The notes beneath the pieces are model-generated. The model was given only the letters and a program-made list of their open reading frames with translations, was not told the origin of the DNA and made no database searches. DNA of 64,000 nucleotides. Origin: Lachnospiraceae bacterium (GTDB taxonomy: Bacteria; Bacillota; Clostridia; Lachnospirales; Lachnospiraceae). Location of the stretch: the NCBI GenBank assembly GCA_017612555.1, contig JAGAFR010000051.1:31233-95232 (forward strand), in the 5' to 3' direction. Numbering within the stretch: the stretch's first letter is position 1; each line of letters begins with the position of its first letter. A program made the position numbers and the translations under genes. Of this stretch, positions 9,201 through 18,767 are shown piece by piece.

Positions 9201-10979
9201 CCACTCGAGAGTGTATTCTTTTTTCAGTTCCTCGGGCATTTTGCTGTAGCCGCAATCCTGTGACAATCCCTGATGCCCTGTAATCCCTTTTTGTATACGC
9301 GTCTTTGGGCTCGCCGTTCCTACAACGTCATAGTATGTTTGCTGTTTTTTTACAGTGTTGTTGGTAAACAGACGCACCTTGCTGTCAAGATCGCCATGGT
9401 ACTCACCGTTAATCTCTACTCCGCCACCTTCTATATCCGTCTCAACCTTAATGTTGACAATTCTATCCTCACCCTTACACTCTAACGGAACGAGCAGATT
9501 ATTGCCGCTGTAGTATACGGTAACCTCAATATCTTCTCCATCGGGATCGGTCACTTCGAAAGGGTATTCAAGTTCTGCCGTGTAATACCCCGGAAGATCG
9601 GTAACAAACCGTTTGCCTGCCTTATGATTGCTTCCTTTTACCACAACATTGCATCCCACATTCATGCTCGTAACTTCCAGGCCCACAGCAAGTATCTTTT
9701 CGCCCTTATTCACATGGTAATTCTGAACGATCTTAAGCTTGTCGTTGGAAGAATGATAATTATAATATTTGCCGACAGTTCCGGTCTTACTGTACGAATA
9801 GCAGTTATTATACGGATGAATATCCGCATCAAACGCATGCGCCCTTCTGTTATTCAAGGACGCATCCTCATATGATATCCAGAAATATCCGTTACAGTCA
9901 TATCCGTCAGATCCCCAGCTGTTCCGAACAAGCCAAGCTCCGTTCTCACCGGGCATATAATCGGGGAAATTCTCTCTTGAAAAATCATCATCCCAGCCGA
10001 CTATCATGATGACATGATCCACATTTTCATATGTGGATATGTATGAGTTATACTCTTTCGAAAAGAAGCACGCTCCTTTGCTTGTGCTCCTGTCCCCCGG
10101 CGCGTGAATGAGTGTATTCACACCGCCGTGCTCCATTATCATCCACTTGATCAGATCACGGTTGTTCATGGAGGTGTAATATGATCCAGTGAGCATCGCA
10201 CTGTTAACCGACTGCGCGTAGCGGTCCGGCAGACAGTCATCATTTGAAGTATAACCCGCCGCTGAATACGGAAGTTTCTCCTCACTCACAAACCCGATCC
10301 CGTTCATCAGCGTACCCGAAGCCAGTGAACCGTTTCCTCCGTTATTCAGGTAGAAATTTTTCGCTTTGCTCGGAACAAAATAGTATTTATCTTTATCCAT
10401 CCCGTAATTGGACGCCTTAAAATTGTGAGATGTGTAATATGCAAGTTGAAGTTCGGAAAGGTCTATATCAGTTCTTGCCTTCCCGTCATGGATCAGATCC
10501 GCTTCGGCACTTCCAACCGCAGCGAATGCCCAACAGCATCCGTATCTGCCCTGATTCCTGATCTTGGGAAGTTTACCAAGTTCATACACATTATATTTTG
10601 AAGGAAGATCTGCCGACTGATCGGGACCGTTGTCTTCATCCGAAACGGACACATCCGAAAAGTTTTCATCGTCTTCGATACCTTCCACGAACACTTCAAC
10701 CGCGTCATCTTCATCTGCGACGCCGCCAAGACTTCTGACTGCTCCGGTCTCATCGTCATTCGCCTCTGTATCCGGCTGATCTGCCCCCTCTTCGGTGATG
10801 ACCTCTTCCGGCATGGCATTCTCATCTTCCGGCACAAACGTCTCGTATTCGCTTACGAAAGACTCTTCTTCGGAACACAGGACATCCTCATCGGCAAATA
10901 CGGCACTTACGTCGAGTGCTCCTGCCGCCAGAGTTCCCGCAAGGATGATACCTGTAAGTTTTGTAAATCTTCTCTTCAT
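6300..10979 (-). CDS. Giant secreted papain-like (C1) cysteine peptidase with Ig-like and Listeria/Bacteroides-type repeat domains
   Basis: Start trimmed to ATG 10979 (MKRRFTKLTGIILAGTLAAGALDVSAVFA signal peptide, GGAGG RBS). The annotated upstream extension overlaps rqcH. An acidic linker follows, then catalytic motifs NQGRYGCCWAF (Cys), VDHVIMIVGWDDDF (His) and WLVRNSWG (Asn). A Big_2-like segment (VAVIEGDNTKDEVDLKAVGAGSTYLICKC) and GYDFDGWYEDRALTQPV repeat follow. Confidence 0.8.
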   Translation of the reverse strand: MKRRFTKLTGIILAGTLAAGALDVSAVFADEDVLCSEEESFVSEYETFVPEDENAMPEEVITEEGADQPDTEANDDETGAVRSLGGVADEDDAVEVFVEGIEDDENFSDVSVSDEDNGPDQSADLPSKYNVYELGKLPKIRNQGRYGCCWAFAAVGSAEADLIHDGKARTDIDLSELQLAYYTSHNFKASNYGMDKDKYYFVPSKAKNFYLNNGGNGSLASGTLMNGIGFVSEEKLPYSAAGYTSNDDCLPDRYAQSVNSAMLTGSYYTSMNNRDLIKWMIMEHGGVNTLIHAPGDRSTSKGACFFSKEYNSYISTYENVDHVIMIVGWDDDFSRENFPDYMPGENGAWLVRNSWGSDGYDCNGYFWISYEDASLNNRRAHAFDADIHPYNNCYSYSKTGTVGKYYNYHSSNDKLKIVQNYHVNKGEKILAVGLEVTSMNVGCNVVVKGSNHKAGKRFVTDLPGYYTAELEYPFEVTDPDGEDIEVTVYYSGNNLLVPLECKGEDRIVNIKVETDIEGGGVEINGEYHGDLDSKVRLFTNNTVKKQQTYYDVVGTASPKTRIQKGITGHQGLSQDCGYSKMPEELKKEYTLEWSVENTDVAVIEGDNTKDEVDLKAVGAGSTYLICKCFHDGEVYTSESEITVDPYTITYDLGGLKQGQDVFSAYELPDWFFPGNKEQCSLEDVARAGYDFDGWYEDRALTQPVTQELLTANENGHFEKDLVLYPKWSKRQLTIAYQSLRSDLSGYEDKTIEIAKVTVDDFTGEGNTYALPDAATTTKASEVYGWSLDGYGYKAVNGLGIDDAFGLELAYEDQYYDSRYVQKDVVVIYPQYGKWEIDASSVKWSDDPFAGSDDLVTATLTRRSAEDEVLTVDENVPADTVLVPQHTGETWSKKGSITYKAVWERKGVSVEDTRSYEIAPIKDSYKDPEWSWVKDDNAKHGYRVKAQWTRKDAGYDESYPEVYEVEAAVSSVTRSGGMIVMNAVATMDDGTTIESAPFSAEAKNRSASTDTEKKEITAGEFTAVQEDTLDLYDCTNMVLVYFKGQTMNAEPYSITLTKGSEWYSVVYDDEAITENANGYAVVGLKLREDILTESLVKQAAANNKIVFSVRGVNSTNAVECPLTLKTTYKAPKAKLDRSSATFYEDLAGGTITRTIVHETTDLIYQDGYYDWKADYCIRKGRNYEVVEGSSVGVDISDQSFLVSVPKGSYKDGFIRIHYNGWAEDAFVYAKFAIRFTKSSPAIELTQKKISLNLNNAGDDEKAVVTVKAKGGGTLPESVLTTLSVEGEDRLISGLSVDKSSLTKDGTLTVKLGDAAGKKGNCKLFVTGTLPDGKKKKLTLTINVSDTASDKAVKFDQKGSIDALGAGQVFVKPGISGYTGSIVSAEVEPVNGKNMYEASMGSDMIVIRPGKDFVYEKKGTTVTLKVTLDTKAVLKGTIKIKPSVGKLSAGSVNSTVKIDKESGTGSATVPVMAVYSYKYYTAPGSYETRIRVFDIDAFDAFGIEAKKMKELNVEATPDKGLLTITTTPAARAGKTYTVPVTVRETATGAKASLKMKVSLTE

Positions 10980-11013
10980 GTTGTCCTCCAAGTTGGTGTG
11001 ATCACATGACCTG

Positions 11014-12774
11014 TCAGTCATCGGATCCGGTAACGCCCTCCGGGATCTGCGCCTTGGCCACCATTGAATAATTGGTGTAGTAGACAACGAATCCCGGCTT
11101 TGCGCCGGATGGTTTTTTAACTTCTTTTCGCTTTACATAGTCGATCTCGACTTTGCCCATGCTGCGTCCGCTGCTGTAATATGCCGCAATGCTCGCTGCT
11201 TCCTCAAATGCCCTGTCGGGAAGTTCGCTCCCTTCGCATCTTACGATCACGTGACTGCCGGGCATCTTCTTGGCATGAAACCACCAGTCACCGCCGTTTG
11301 CGAGCTTGAATGTGATCTCATCGTTCTGATAATTGTTCTTGCCCACAAAAATATGAAAGCCGTCGGAAGAGACAAAATGAAGCGGTCTGCTCTTTACGGA
11401 CCTCTTCGCGCCCGGCCGTCCTTTTCTCTTTATATATCCGCTTTCGGTAAGCTCTTCCTTTATCTCGGCAAGATCGTCTTCGCCTTCCGCAAGATCAAGA
11501 CTTGTCTCTATGCTGCGAAGATGCTCTATCTCACTGCCGGTCTCTTCAAGAAGCTTCGTGACGGCTTCCTTCGTACGTTTCAGCTTATTGTATCTGTCAA
11601 AATATTTGACTGAATTTGCCATCGCGCTGATCGTGGGATCGAGCGGGATGGTGACTTCCTCATTTGTATAATAATTCTCGCACGTGATCTTATCCGCACC
11701 TTCGGGCGCACCGTATCCGTACGTCTGCAACAGTTCTCCCCACACCCGCAACTTATCCATCTTCTCCGTATCAGCGAGCTGCTTTTTCTGAAGATCATAC
11801 TTCTTGATATTTCTCTCCAGCATCGTCGACACGATCTTCCGAAGGTCGGCACTCTTCTGCCTGATGCGCGTATACTCGTTGCGTCTTGCATAATATGATA
11901 TCAGAACTTCACTGACCGTTTCATAGTATTCATGGACCAGGCCTTTGTACTGTTCAAGCGCTATGACCTCAAATTCTGCGGGATTTCCGTCCTCATCAAG
12001 TATTATCGCGGGGTGAAAATCACCCGACCGGATCCTTTCATCCAGATCGGACAGGATGTCTGTAAGTTTACATAACTCATTCTCTTCATATGTATTTGCG
12101 CCCCTGTCACTGTCAAGCCCTGCCAGCTCACATACGCTTTCTGCAACTACCGGGGAAAATCCCGTGAAGGTGGTGTATATTGCCTTGGCCAGCGGAATAG
12201 GTTTACATAACAGACGTGTGATCTCACTGTTAACCTGTTTACATAATAATACTTTATGTAACTCGGTCTTTCCCTCGGTAACAGGAATGAAATACTCTCT
12301 TCCGGGTAGTACCTCTCTTACGGAAGACACTGCGGCGGATATGTGTTTGATGCTGTCAATGATGGTATTATCGGGCTTTCTGAAGATGATGTTCGAGTGC
12401 TTGCCCATAAGTTCGACGGTAAGTATCTTGCTGCACAGATCTCCCATCTCATCAAGATGTTCTATCGTTATCTCGATTATCCTTTCAAGTCCCGGCTGAG
12501 TTATGTCAACTATTCTGCCTCCCTGTATATGCTTCCGCAGCAGCATGCAGAAATTGGGGGCAGTCATTGGAGCCTGTTTATTCTCGCCCGTAAGGTACAC
12601 AAAAGGAAGAGTGGCCCCTGCCGAAATGAGAAGCCGCTCATTTGAATCCGCTGTCTTAACCGTTAACATGAGTTCATCAGACTCGGGTTGTATGATCTTA
12701 GATATACGACCGCCGACAAGACGCCTGCATAATTCGCCGGTCAGGGCCCTTATTGTGATCCCGTCAAGTGCCAT
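11014..12774 (-). CDS. rqcH: Ribosome quality control factor RqcH (NFACT / fibronectin-binding protein A family)
   Basis: 586 aa. N-terminus MALDGITIRALTGEL, a coiled-coil middle, and a C-terminal NFACT-R-like region (WFHAKKMPGSHVIV). Confidence 0.85.
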   Translation of the reverse strand: MALDGITIRALTGELCRRLVGGRISKIIQPESDELMLTVKTADSNERLLISAGATLPFVYLTGENKQAPMTAPNFCMLLRKHIQGGRIVDITQPGLERIIEITIEHLDEMGDLCSKILTVELMGKHSNIIFRKPDNTIIDSIKHISAAVSSVREVLPGREYFIPVTEGKTELHKVLLCKQVNSEITRLLCKPIPLAKAIYTTFTGFSPVVAESVCELAGLDSDRGANTYEENELCKLTDILSDLDERIRSGDFHPAIILDEDGNPAEFEVIALEQYKGLVHEYYETVSEVLISYYARRNEYTRIRQKSADLRKIVSTMLERNIKKYDLQKKQLADTEKMDKLRVWGELLQTYGYGAPEGADKITCENYYTNEEVTIPLDPTISAMANSVKYFDRYNKLKRTKEAVTKLLEETGSEIEHLRSIETSLDLAEGEDDLAEIKEELTESGYIKRKGRPGAKRSVKSRPLHFVSSDGFHIFVGKNNYQNDEITFKLANGGDWWFHAKKMPGSHVIVRCEGSELPDRAFEEAASIAAYYSSGRSMGKVEIDYVKRKEVKKPSGAKPGFVVYYTNYSMVAKAQIPEGVTGSDD

Positions 12775-12792
12775 GAAATGATATCTGTTGTG

Positions 12793-13134
12793 TCAAGTCT
12801 TGACCTTGTCGAGAATAAGATTGAACTTGACTTCGTTCCCTTCGTATTTTATCTGTCCGCTGTACCATGCATCCCGCACCGACAGTTTCTTCGAAGCAAG
12901 CTGAAGGATCACATCAGCCGTTGCGATTATCCTGCCGTCATGATTGTAGTAGTTGTACGGCTCAACGATACATGCTCTTTCAGCTATCTCAAAATAAAAT
13001 GCTCCGGCACCTTCACCAACGATATCAACTTCAATCGCGACATGTTCGAACACTTCACGTGCATCCGCATTCTCAAATGTCCTGCGGACTTTCTTGACTA
13101 TCTGTTCGAAAGTGATCGGTTTTTTTGCTGCCAT
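12793..13134 (-). CDS. SCP2 (sterol carrier protein 2)-like small protein
   Basis: 113 aa. The pattern FEIAERACIVEPYNYYNHD...ADVILQLASKKLSVRDAWYSGQIKYEGN resembles SCP2 domain proteins. AAGGAG RBS. Confidence 0.5.
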   Translation of the reverse strand: MAAKKPITFEQIVKKVRRTFENADAREVFEHVAIEVDIVGEGAGAFYFEIAERACIVEPYNYYNHDGRIIATADVILQLASKKLSVRDAWYSGQIKYEGNEVKFNLILDKVKT

Positions 13135-13163
13135 TTTACTCTCCTTGAAATACCTTCACTCCC

Positions 13164-13191
13164 ATTCTAGCACAGATATGTTTTCCGTCAA
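13164..13191 (-). promoter_or_regulatory. Putative sigma-A promoter for the SCP2-like gene (and downstream rqcH / giant peptidase)
   Basis: Minus strand TTGACG (13191..13186), 16 nt spacer, TAGAAT (13169..13164). It lies about 30 nt upstream of the RBS. Confidence 0.5.
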
Positions 13192-13260
13192 TATGTTAGT
13201 ATGTGCTAACATTTTTCACGTTTAAAAAAACAAAAAAACTTAATCGTTTTCTTCTCATTT

Positions 13261-13839
13261 TCAGTGCCGGAAAACTATCTCTCCGGTTTCATCGTTCATC
13301 GCATCAACTATCGCCAGAGATTCAACTCTGACGCCGCGTGCGCGCAATCTCTTTCCGCCGTCCTGGAAACCTTTTTCGATGAGTATCCCGACTCCGCAAA
13401 GCGTCGCTCCGGATCCGTTTATTATGTCGATCAGTCCGTCTACCGCACAACCGTTTGCAAGAAAATCATCTATGACAAGTATGTTATCCGAAGGTGAAAG
13501 ATACTTCTTCGAAACGATGACATCATACACTCTTTTGTGAGTAAAAGATTCTATCTTGGTAGAGTATACCGAACCGTCTATATTGATCGACTGACTCTTC
13601 TTGGCGAACACTACCGGAACATTAAAATACTGTGCCACGATGACAGCTGCTGCGATACCGGATGCCTCGACCGTCAGTATCTTGTTTATCGGAGCATCGG
13701 AAAAGATCCTTTTGAATTCTTTTCCTATTTCATTCATCAATTCGATATCGATCTGATGATTTATAAAACTGTCAACTTTTAAAACGTTTCCCGCTTTTAC
13801 TATTCCGTCTTTTTTTATTCTCTGTTTCAAAAGTTCCAT
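13261..13839 (-). CDS. xpt: Xanthine phosphoribosyltransferase
   Basis: Start trimmed to MELLKQRIKKDGIVKAGNVLKVDSFINHQID. PRPP-binding motif ILVIDDFLANG. Confidence 0.85.
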   Translation of the reverse strand: MELLKQRIKKDGIVKAGNVLKVDSFINHQIDIELMNEIGKEFKRIFSDAPINKILTVEASGIAAAVIVAQYFNVPVVFAKKSQSINIDGSVYSTKIESFTHKRVYDVIVSKKYLSPSDNILVIDDFLANGCAVDGLIDIINGSGATLCGVGILIEKGFQDGGKRLRARGVRVESLAIVDAMNDETGEIVFRH

Positions 13840-13870
13840 CGATGTTCCTCCACTTTGCAAGTTCAGATCT

Positions 13871-14866
13871 CTATCTCTCCTCGCGGAAATAATTCAGTCC
13901 GAGACTCTGCGGGAACTGATCCTCGCGTCGGTTCCTCATGCTCGTAAAGATGAGCACTATCAGAGTTACGACATAAGGTATCATCTTATACAGTTCCTTC
14001 ATCTCCATATGATCCATTCCCGTCGGGATATACAGATACAGGATATACAATCCGCCGAACAGTATCGATGCAAATATTCCAAGGTCGGCTTTCCAAAGCG
14101 TGAAGATGACAAGAGCTATGGCAAGCCATCCTCTGTCTCCGAACGCATCGTTGGACCATATGCCGCATGCATAATCCATGACATAATACAGTCCGCCGAA
14201 GCCTGCGATCACACATCCGATACAGGTCGCAAGATATTTGTACTTCGTAACGTTAATTCCGGCAGCATCTGCCGTTGCGGGATTTTCTCCGACCGCGCGA
14301 AGATGAAGTCCCGCTCTCGTCTTCCTGAAAAAGAATGCGACCGCGAGCGCGATCACTATCGCAAGATACGCAAGAAATCCGTATGAGAAAAAGATCTCTC
14401 CCACCGCACCGAGACTCTTTGCAAAAGGAAGTGATGCCCTGAAACATGCACTTGTTTTCGAAAGTGATATCGAAGGAATATCCTGCTTGGACAGCTTGAT
14501 GAGAGACCCTCCGAAAAAGTTACCGAAGCCGACTCCGAACGTTGTCATCGCAAGACCCGTTACGTTCTGGTTGGCGCGAAGCGTTACTACAAGGAACGAA
14601 TATATAAGTCCCATGACAAGAGACCCGGCCACGCAGCACAACACCGGTATGAGAATCGCAAGTGCCGGATTTACTTCTCCGGCTCCTACCGATCCTTCAT
14701 AAAAGAACGATCCTATAACACCGCTTATGGCGCCGACATACATAACGCCCGGGAGTCCCAAGTTAAGGTTACCTGATTTTTCCGTAACGATCTCACCCGT
14801 ACACCCGAACAGAAGCGGGATGGACTGCGCCACGGCTCTCGGGATGAAAGCAAGAAATCCTAACAT
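13871..14866 (-). CDS. ABC transporter permease (BMP/nucleoside-type, second permease)
   Basis: 331 aa polytopic membrane protein. It overlaps the upstream permease by 7 nt and forms an operon with a BMP lipoprotein and a duplicated ATPase. Confidence 0.8.
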   Translation of the reverse strand: MLGFLAFIPRAVAQSIPLLFGCTGEIVTEKSGNLNLGLPGVMYVGAISGVIGSFFYEGSVGAGEVNPALAILIPVLCCVAGSLVMGLIYSFLVVTLRANQNVTGLAMTTFGVGFGNFFGGSLIKLSKQDIPSISLSKTSACFRASLPFAKSLGAVGEIFFSYGFLAYLAIVIALAVAFFFRKTRAGLHLRAVGENPATADAAGINVTKYKYLATCIGCVIAGFGGLYYVMDYACGIWSNDAFGDRGWLAIALVIFTLWKADLGIFASILFGGLYILYLYIPTGMDHMEMKELYKMIPYVVTLIVLIFTSMRNRREDQFPQSLGLNYFREER

Positions 14867-15984
14867 GACCTTACCTCCTGTTGCTTGCTCCTGTCCTTAT
14901 GACCTGTCCTGAAGTGGACCTCATAGTTTATAAAGAATTCGCATCCGATTATAAAGAACAGTATGATTCCCGTGAGTATATCTCCGAACGACTGGTTAAG
15001 ATCAAACCTTGTTGCGATCTCTCCCGCACCTCTGTCCATGAACACTATCACAAAGCTCGTTACGATCATCGCGAACGGATTGAACTGCGCCATCCATGAC
15101 ACAAGAACTGCCGTGAATCCTCTTCCGTCAGAGATCGTTGAAGTAAGCGTATGGTTGATACCGCCGACAAGAATGAGCCCGACGAGTCCGCACAGCGCAC
15201 CCGAGAGTATCATAGTGCGTATGAACACCTTCTTCAGATTGATACCTACATAGACCGACGTCTTAGGCGACTCTCCGACAACCCTTATCTCATAGCCGTG
15301 CTTCGTGTACTTGATATACACATACACAAATACGGTCACTACAACGGCGACTATTATCGGAAGCAGATATTTGGATCCGAACAGCTGGGGGAGCCATCCG
15401 GCATGCGAATCCTGATTGATGATCCCGATCTTACCGGAACCCTTCGGAACCTCCCATTTTATCGTATAGAACAACACGAGCTGTGTCGCGATATAGTTCA
15501 TCATAAGTGTGGAAAGTGTTTCGTTCGTGTTCCACAAAGACTTGCAAAGAGCAGGGATGAATCCCCATAATCCTCCAAGCACCAGACTTGATATGACCAT
15601 CAGGAGTATCACGACCGCATTCGGAAGTTTGTCTCCCAGGCAGATCATACACGCCGCAGCTCCGAGGCCTCCCATGAGCACCTGTCCTTCGCCTCCGATA
15701 TTCCAAAATTTCATTCGGAAAGCGATCGTAAGCGACAGTGATATCACAAGAAGTATCGAAACATCCTGAAGTGTTATCCATGTTTTTCTGGCGGAGCCGA
15801 ACGCTCCGGAAATGATAGAGGAGTAAACCTCCATAGGATTGATACCGGTCGTAAGTCCCGTGATAAATGCACATACGATAAGCGCACATATGACAGCAAA
15901 GATCCTGATCATCATGGCCTTATGCACCGGAATGGATCCGCGTTTTGTCAGATGGATAAACGGTTCTTTTGTTTTACTGTTCAT
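14860..15984 (-). CDS. ABC transporter permease (BMP/nucleoside-type, first permease)
   Basis: Start trimmed to MNSKTKEP (ATG 15984, GGAAGGAG RBS). Polytopic membrane protein. Confidence 0.8.
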   Translation of the reverse strand: MNSKTKEPFIHLTKRGSIPVHKAMMIRIFAVICALIVCAFITGLTTGINPMEVYSSIISGAFGSARKTWITLQDVSILLVISLSLTIAFRMKFWNIGGEGQVLMGGLGAAACMICLGDKLPNAVVILLMVISSLVLGGLWGFIPALCKSLWNTNETLSTLMMNYIATQLVLFYTIKWEVPKGSGKIGIINQDSHAGWLPQLFGSKYLLPIIVAVVVTVFVYVYIKYTKHGYEIRVVGESPKTSVYVGINLKKVFIRTMILSGALCGLVGLILVGGINHTLTSTISDGRGFTAVLVSWMAQFNPFAMIVTSFVIVFMDRGAGEIATRFDLNQSFGDILTGIILFFIIGCEFFINYEVHFRTGHKDRSKQQEVRSC

Positions 15985-17515
15985 CCTTGCCCACTCCTTC
16001 CTGACCAAGACTTGTCATGAGAAGACCGATCTCATTTTTCGTAACCTTGGTGGCGTCAACGATATCACTGACCTGTCCGTCGCAAAGTACCATTATCTTG
16101 TCGGATATCTGCATCAGCACATCCAGATCCTCTCCGACAAACAGGACCGCCACGCCTTTTTTCTTCTGTTCATTGATAAGGTCATATATCTTGTATGAAC
16201 TGTTGATATCAAGTCCTCTGACCGCATATGCCGTAAGGAGCACTTTGGGATTGGATGATATCTCACGTCCAACAAGTATCTTCTGAATATTTCCGCCTGA
16301 CAGTCTCCTTACAGGAATATCAAGTCCCGGCGTCGAAACTTCAAGAACATCAACAACATTTTCGGCAACTTTTCTCGGCTTGTTGCGATCGGTGAACCAT
16401 TTATGGCTCTCACCGAACGTTCGCAGCATCATGTTCTCGGAAATGTCCATGTTGCCGACAAGTCCCATTCCCAGTCTGTCCTCGGGCACAAAAGAAAGAG
16501 CCACTCCAAGCTCTCTTATGTCTCTCGGATGCATACCGATCAGCTCGGTCTCATTTCCGTTCTCATCTATATACTTAACAGACCCCTCATCTACGGCCTG
16601 TATCCCGGCGATCGCCTCAAGAAGCTCCTTCTGTCCGCTTCCCGATATTCCGGCAATGCCGAGTATCTCACCCGAATTCATGTAAAAGCTGACGTTCCTG
16701 ACTTTACGAACGCCTTCCGCATCGGTCACGCATATGTTATTGATGACAAGTCTCTTTTGAGGATTGACAGGTTCGGGCCTCTCTATATCAAGCGTAACCG
16801 CATGACCTACCATCATATCGGTCATCTCCTGCATGGTAGTCTTCGCCGTCTCGAGCTCACCTGCATTCTGCCCCTGACGAAGTACGACTACCCTGTCGGA
16901 TATGGCCATTACTTCATTTAATTTGTGTGTGATTATGACTATCGATTTACCGTCTGCTTTCATGTTCCTCATAACATCAAAGAGACGCTCGCATTCCTGC
17001 GGAGTCAGCACGGCCGTCGGCTCGTCGAGTATGAGAATGTCAGCCCCGCGGTATATCACCTTGACGATCTCGACAGTCTGCTTCTCCGAGACTGTCATGT
17101 TATATACCTTCTTGTCGGGATCGACGACAAAGCCGTACTTGTCGCATATCGATCTGATCTTTGCCTTTGCGGCCGCAACATCGTACTTGCCTTCCTCGCC
17201 GAGCACGATGTTCTCCCATGCGGAAAAAACATCAACAAGCTTGAAATGCTGATGTACCATTCCGATACCGTTTAAGTATGCTTCCGCAGGCGAACTGATG
17301 GTGACTTCCCTGCCGTCTACAAGTATCTGTCCCTCATCGGGATAGTATATTCCGGCAAGCATGTTCATAAGGGTGGTCTTGCCGCTGCCGTTTTCACCCA
17401 GCAGCGACACGATCTCACCTTTATACAATACAAAATTTACATTCGTATTGGCCTGTTTCAGATCAAATCTTTTGCTTATGCCGCGCATCGAGACCGCGGC
17501 TACTTGTTGTGACAA
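15974..17515 (-). CDS. ABC transporter ATP-binding protein with two fused ATPase domains
   Basis: 513 aa. Walker A GENGSGKTT and a second P-loop GISGSGQKE. Signatures LSGGNIQK and ILILDEPT. TTG start with a GGAGG RBS. Confidence 0.85.
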   Translation of the reverse strand: MSQQVAAVSMRGISKRFDLKQANTNVNFVLYKGEIVSLLGENGSGKTTLMNMLAGIYYPDEGQILVDGREVTISSPAEAYLNGIGMVHQHFKLVDVFSAWENIVLGEEGKYDVAAAKAKIRSICDKYGFVVDPDKKVYNMTVSEKQTVEIVKVIYRGADILILDEPTAVLTPQECERLFDVMRNMKADGKSIVIITHKLNEVMAISDRVVVLRQGQNAGELETAKTTMQEMTDMMVGHAVTLDIERPEPVNPQKRLVINNICVTDAEGVRKVRNVSFYMNSGEILGIAGISGSGQKELLEAIAGIQAVDEGSVKYIDENGNETELIGMHPRDIRELGVALSFVPEDRLGMGLVGNMDISENMMLRTFGESHKWFTDRNKPRKVAENVVDVLEVSTPGLDIPVRRLSGGNIQKILVGREISSNPKVLLTAYAVRGLDINSSYKIYDLINEQKKKGVAVLFVGEDLDVLMQISDKIMVLCDGQVSDIVDATKVTKNEIGLLMTSLGQEGVGKDEQ

Positions 17516-17540
17516 TTATGCCCCTCCTATCGGTATTTAC

Positions 17541-18767
17541 TTAGAAGGCCGTATCCAAAAGTGTTATCCCATCGATCTGGAGATCGAAGTAAGGAGCACT
17601 TCTGAGTCCGTCGCCGGATTCGTTGAAGTAACCGTCCTTGATGACTTCATGATCGCCCTCGTAATTGGGATCGGTATCAACGTCAGCCATGTAGGTTGTG
17701 AGTTCTTTTCCTTCTACGGTAAATGTCTTGGTATCAAACACATGTATCTTGCCGGCGATAAGATCAGCCTTTGCTGCCTCTACAGCCTCTTCCGTTCCGG
17801 GAGCAACATTCTTTCCGAAGTGATCGATGACAACAGAACCGGTCTCAAGGGTTCCGGTATAGTCAGCTGCGATAGCCTCGCCCTTTGCTGCCTTTGTGAT
17901 GGAATCCTCAAAATAAGGCTCCCAGTCGATCTTACAATATGAGATGAAAGTCTCGGGACATGCATTATCTGTAGGTCCGTTATATGAGCTGTTGGGAACG
18001 CCTGCATTCTCACATGCTGTCGGTGAACCCATCGAGTCGGCATGCTGTGAAATGAATACGCAGCCGTCTGAGATAAGCTTTGTAGCGCCTTCCTTCTCTG
18101 CCGTCTCATCATACCAGGAACCGGTAAATGTGACTTCCATTGTAGCCGTAGGACATACGGAACGTGCACCAAGGAAATATGATGTATATCCCGAGATAAC
18201 TTCTGCGTACGTGAATGCTCCGATATAACCTATCTTGGCCTGGTCAGCCGTTATCTTGCCTGATTCGATCATCTCGTTAAGCTTCATTCCTGCAGCTATA
18301 CCCGAAAGATAACGTCCTTCATATATTGATGCAAATGCATTATGGAAATTGGGAAGGTTCTCTGTATGAGCCTTTGTACCCGTTGCATGGCAGAACTGCA
18401 CATCTGGATATTCCTTGGCTGCTTCTATCATGTAATCCTCATGTCCGAAAGAATCGGCGAAAACATATCCGCATCCCTGATCAACAAGTTCGCAGGCTGC
18501 GTCGTAGCATTCCTGTCCTTCGGGAATATTGGTCTTGATGACCGCCTCAACACCAAGCTTCTCACATGCTGCCTTAGCTCCCGTTATGAAGTTGAGGTCG
18601 TATGTTGAGTTCTCATCGTGAAGACAGATAAAACCTGCCTTGATGTTAAGCTTGTCAGATCCCTGATCAGCGCCGGAATCTGCTGCTGCAGGAGCAGCTG
18701 CGCCGCCGCAGGCACAAAGCGAGATCGTCATTGCTGTTGCCAAAAGCAACGAAATAATCTTTTTCAT
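17541..18767 (-). CDS. BMP-family (PnrA-like) nucleoside-binding lipoprotein
   Basis: Start trimmed to MKKIISLLLATAMTISLCACGG (lipobox LCAC, GGAGG RBS). Body resembles BMP family substrate-binding proteins (GFICLHDENSTYD, IGYIGAF). Confidence 0.8.
   Translation of the reverse strand: MKKIISLLLATAMTISLCACGGAAAPAAADSGADQGSDKLNIKAGFICLHDENSTYDLNFITGAKAACEKLGVEAVIKTNIPEGQECYDAACELVDQGCGYVFADSFGHEDYMIEAAKEYPDVQFCHATGTKAHTENLPNFHNAFASIYEGRYLSGIAAGMKLNEMIESGKITADQAKIGYIGAFTYAEVISGYTSYFLGARSVCPTATMEVTFTGSWYDETAEKEGATKLISDGCVFISQHADSMGSPTACENAGVPNSSYNGPTDNACPETFISYCKIDWEPYFEDSITKAAKGEAIAADYTGTLETGSVVIDHFGKNVAPGTEEAVEAAKADLIAGKIHVFDTKTFTVEGKELTTYMADVDTDPNYEGDHEVIKDGYFNESGDGLRSAPYFDLQIDGITLLDTAF

Noticed and set aside
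10980-11087. N-terminal extension of the giant peptidase ORF (MSTTPIIQWWPRRRSRR…)
   Set aside because: It overlaps the 3' end of rqcH. An internal ATG at 10979 is preceded by a GGAGG RBS and begins a textbook signal peptide, so the extension is most likely non-coding.
13193-13216. Hairpin ATGTTAG-TATGTG-CTAACAT + TTTT as the xpt terminator
   Set aside because: The U-tract follows the hairpin only on the plus strand, where no gene ends. On the minus strand (xpt) the hairpin is followed by ATTGACGG, so it is at best a weak or antisense terminator.
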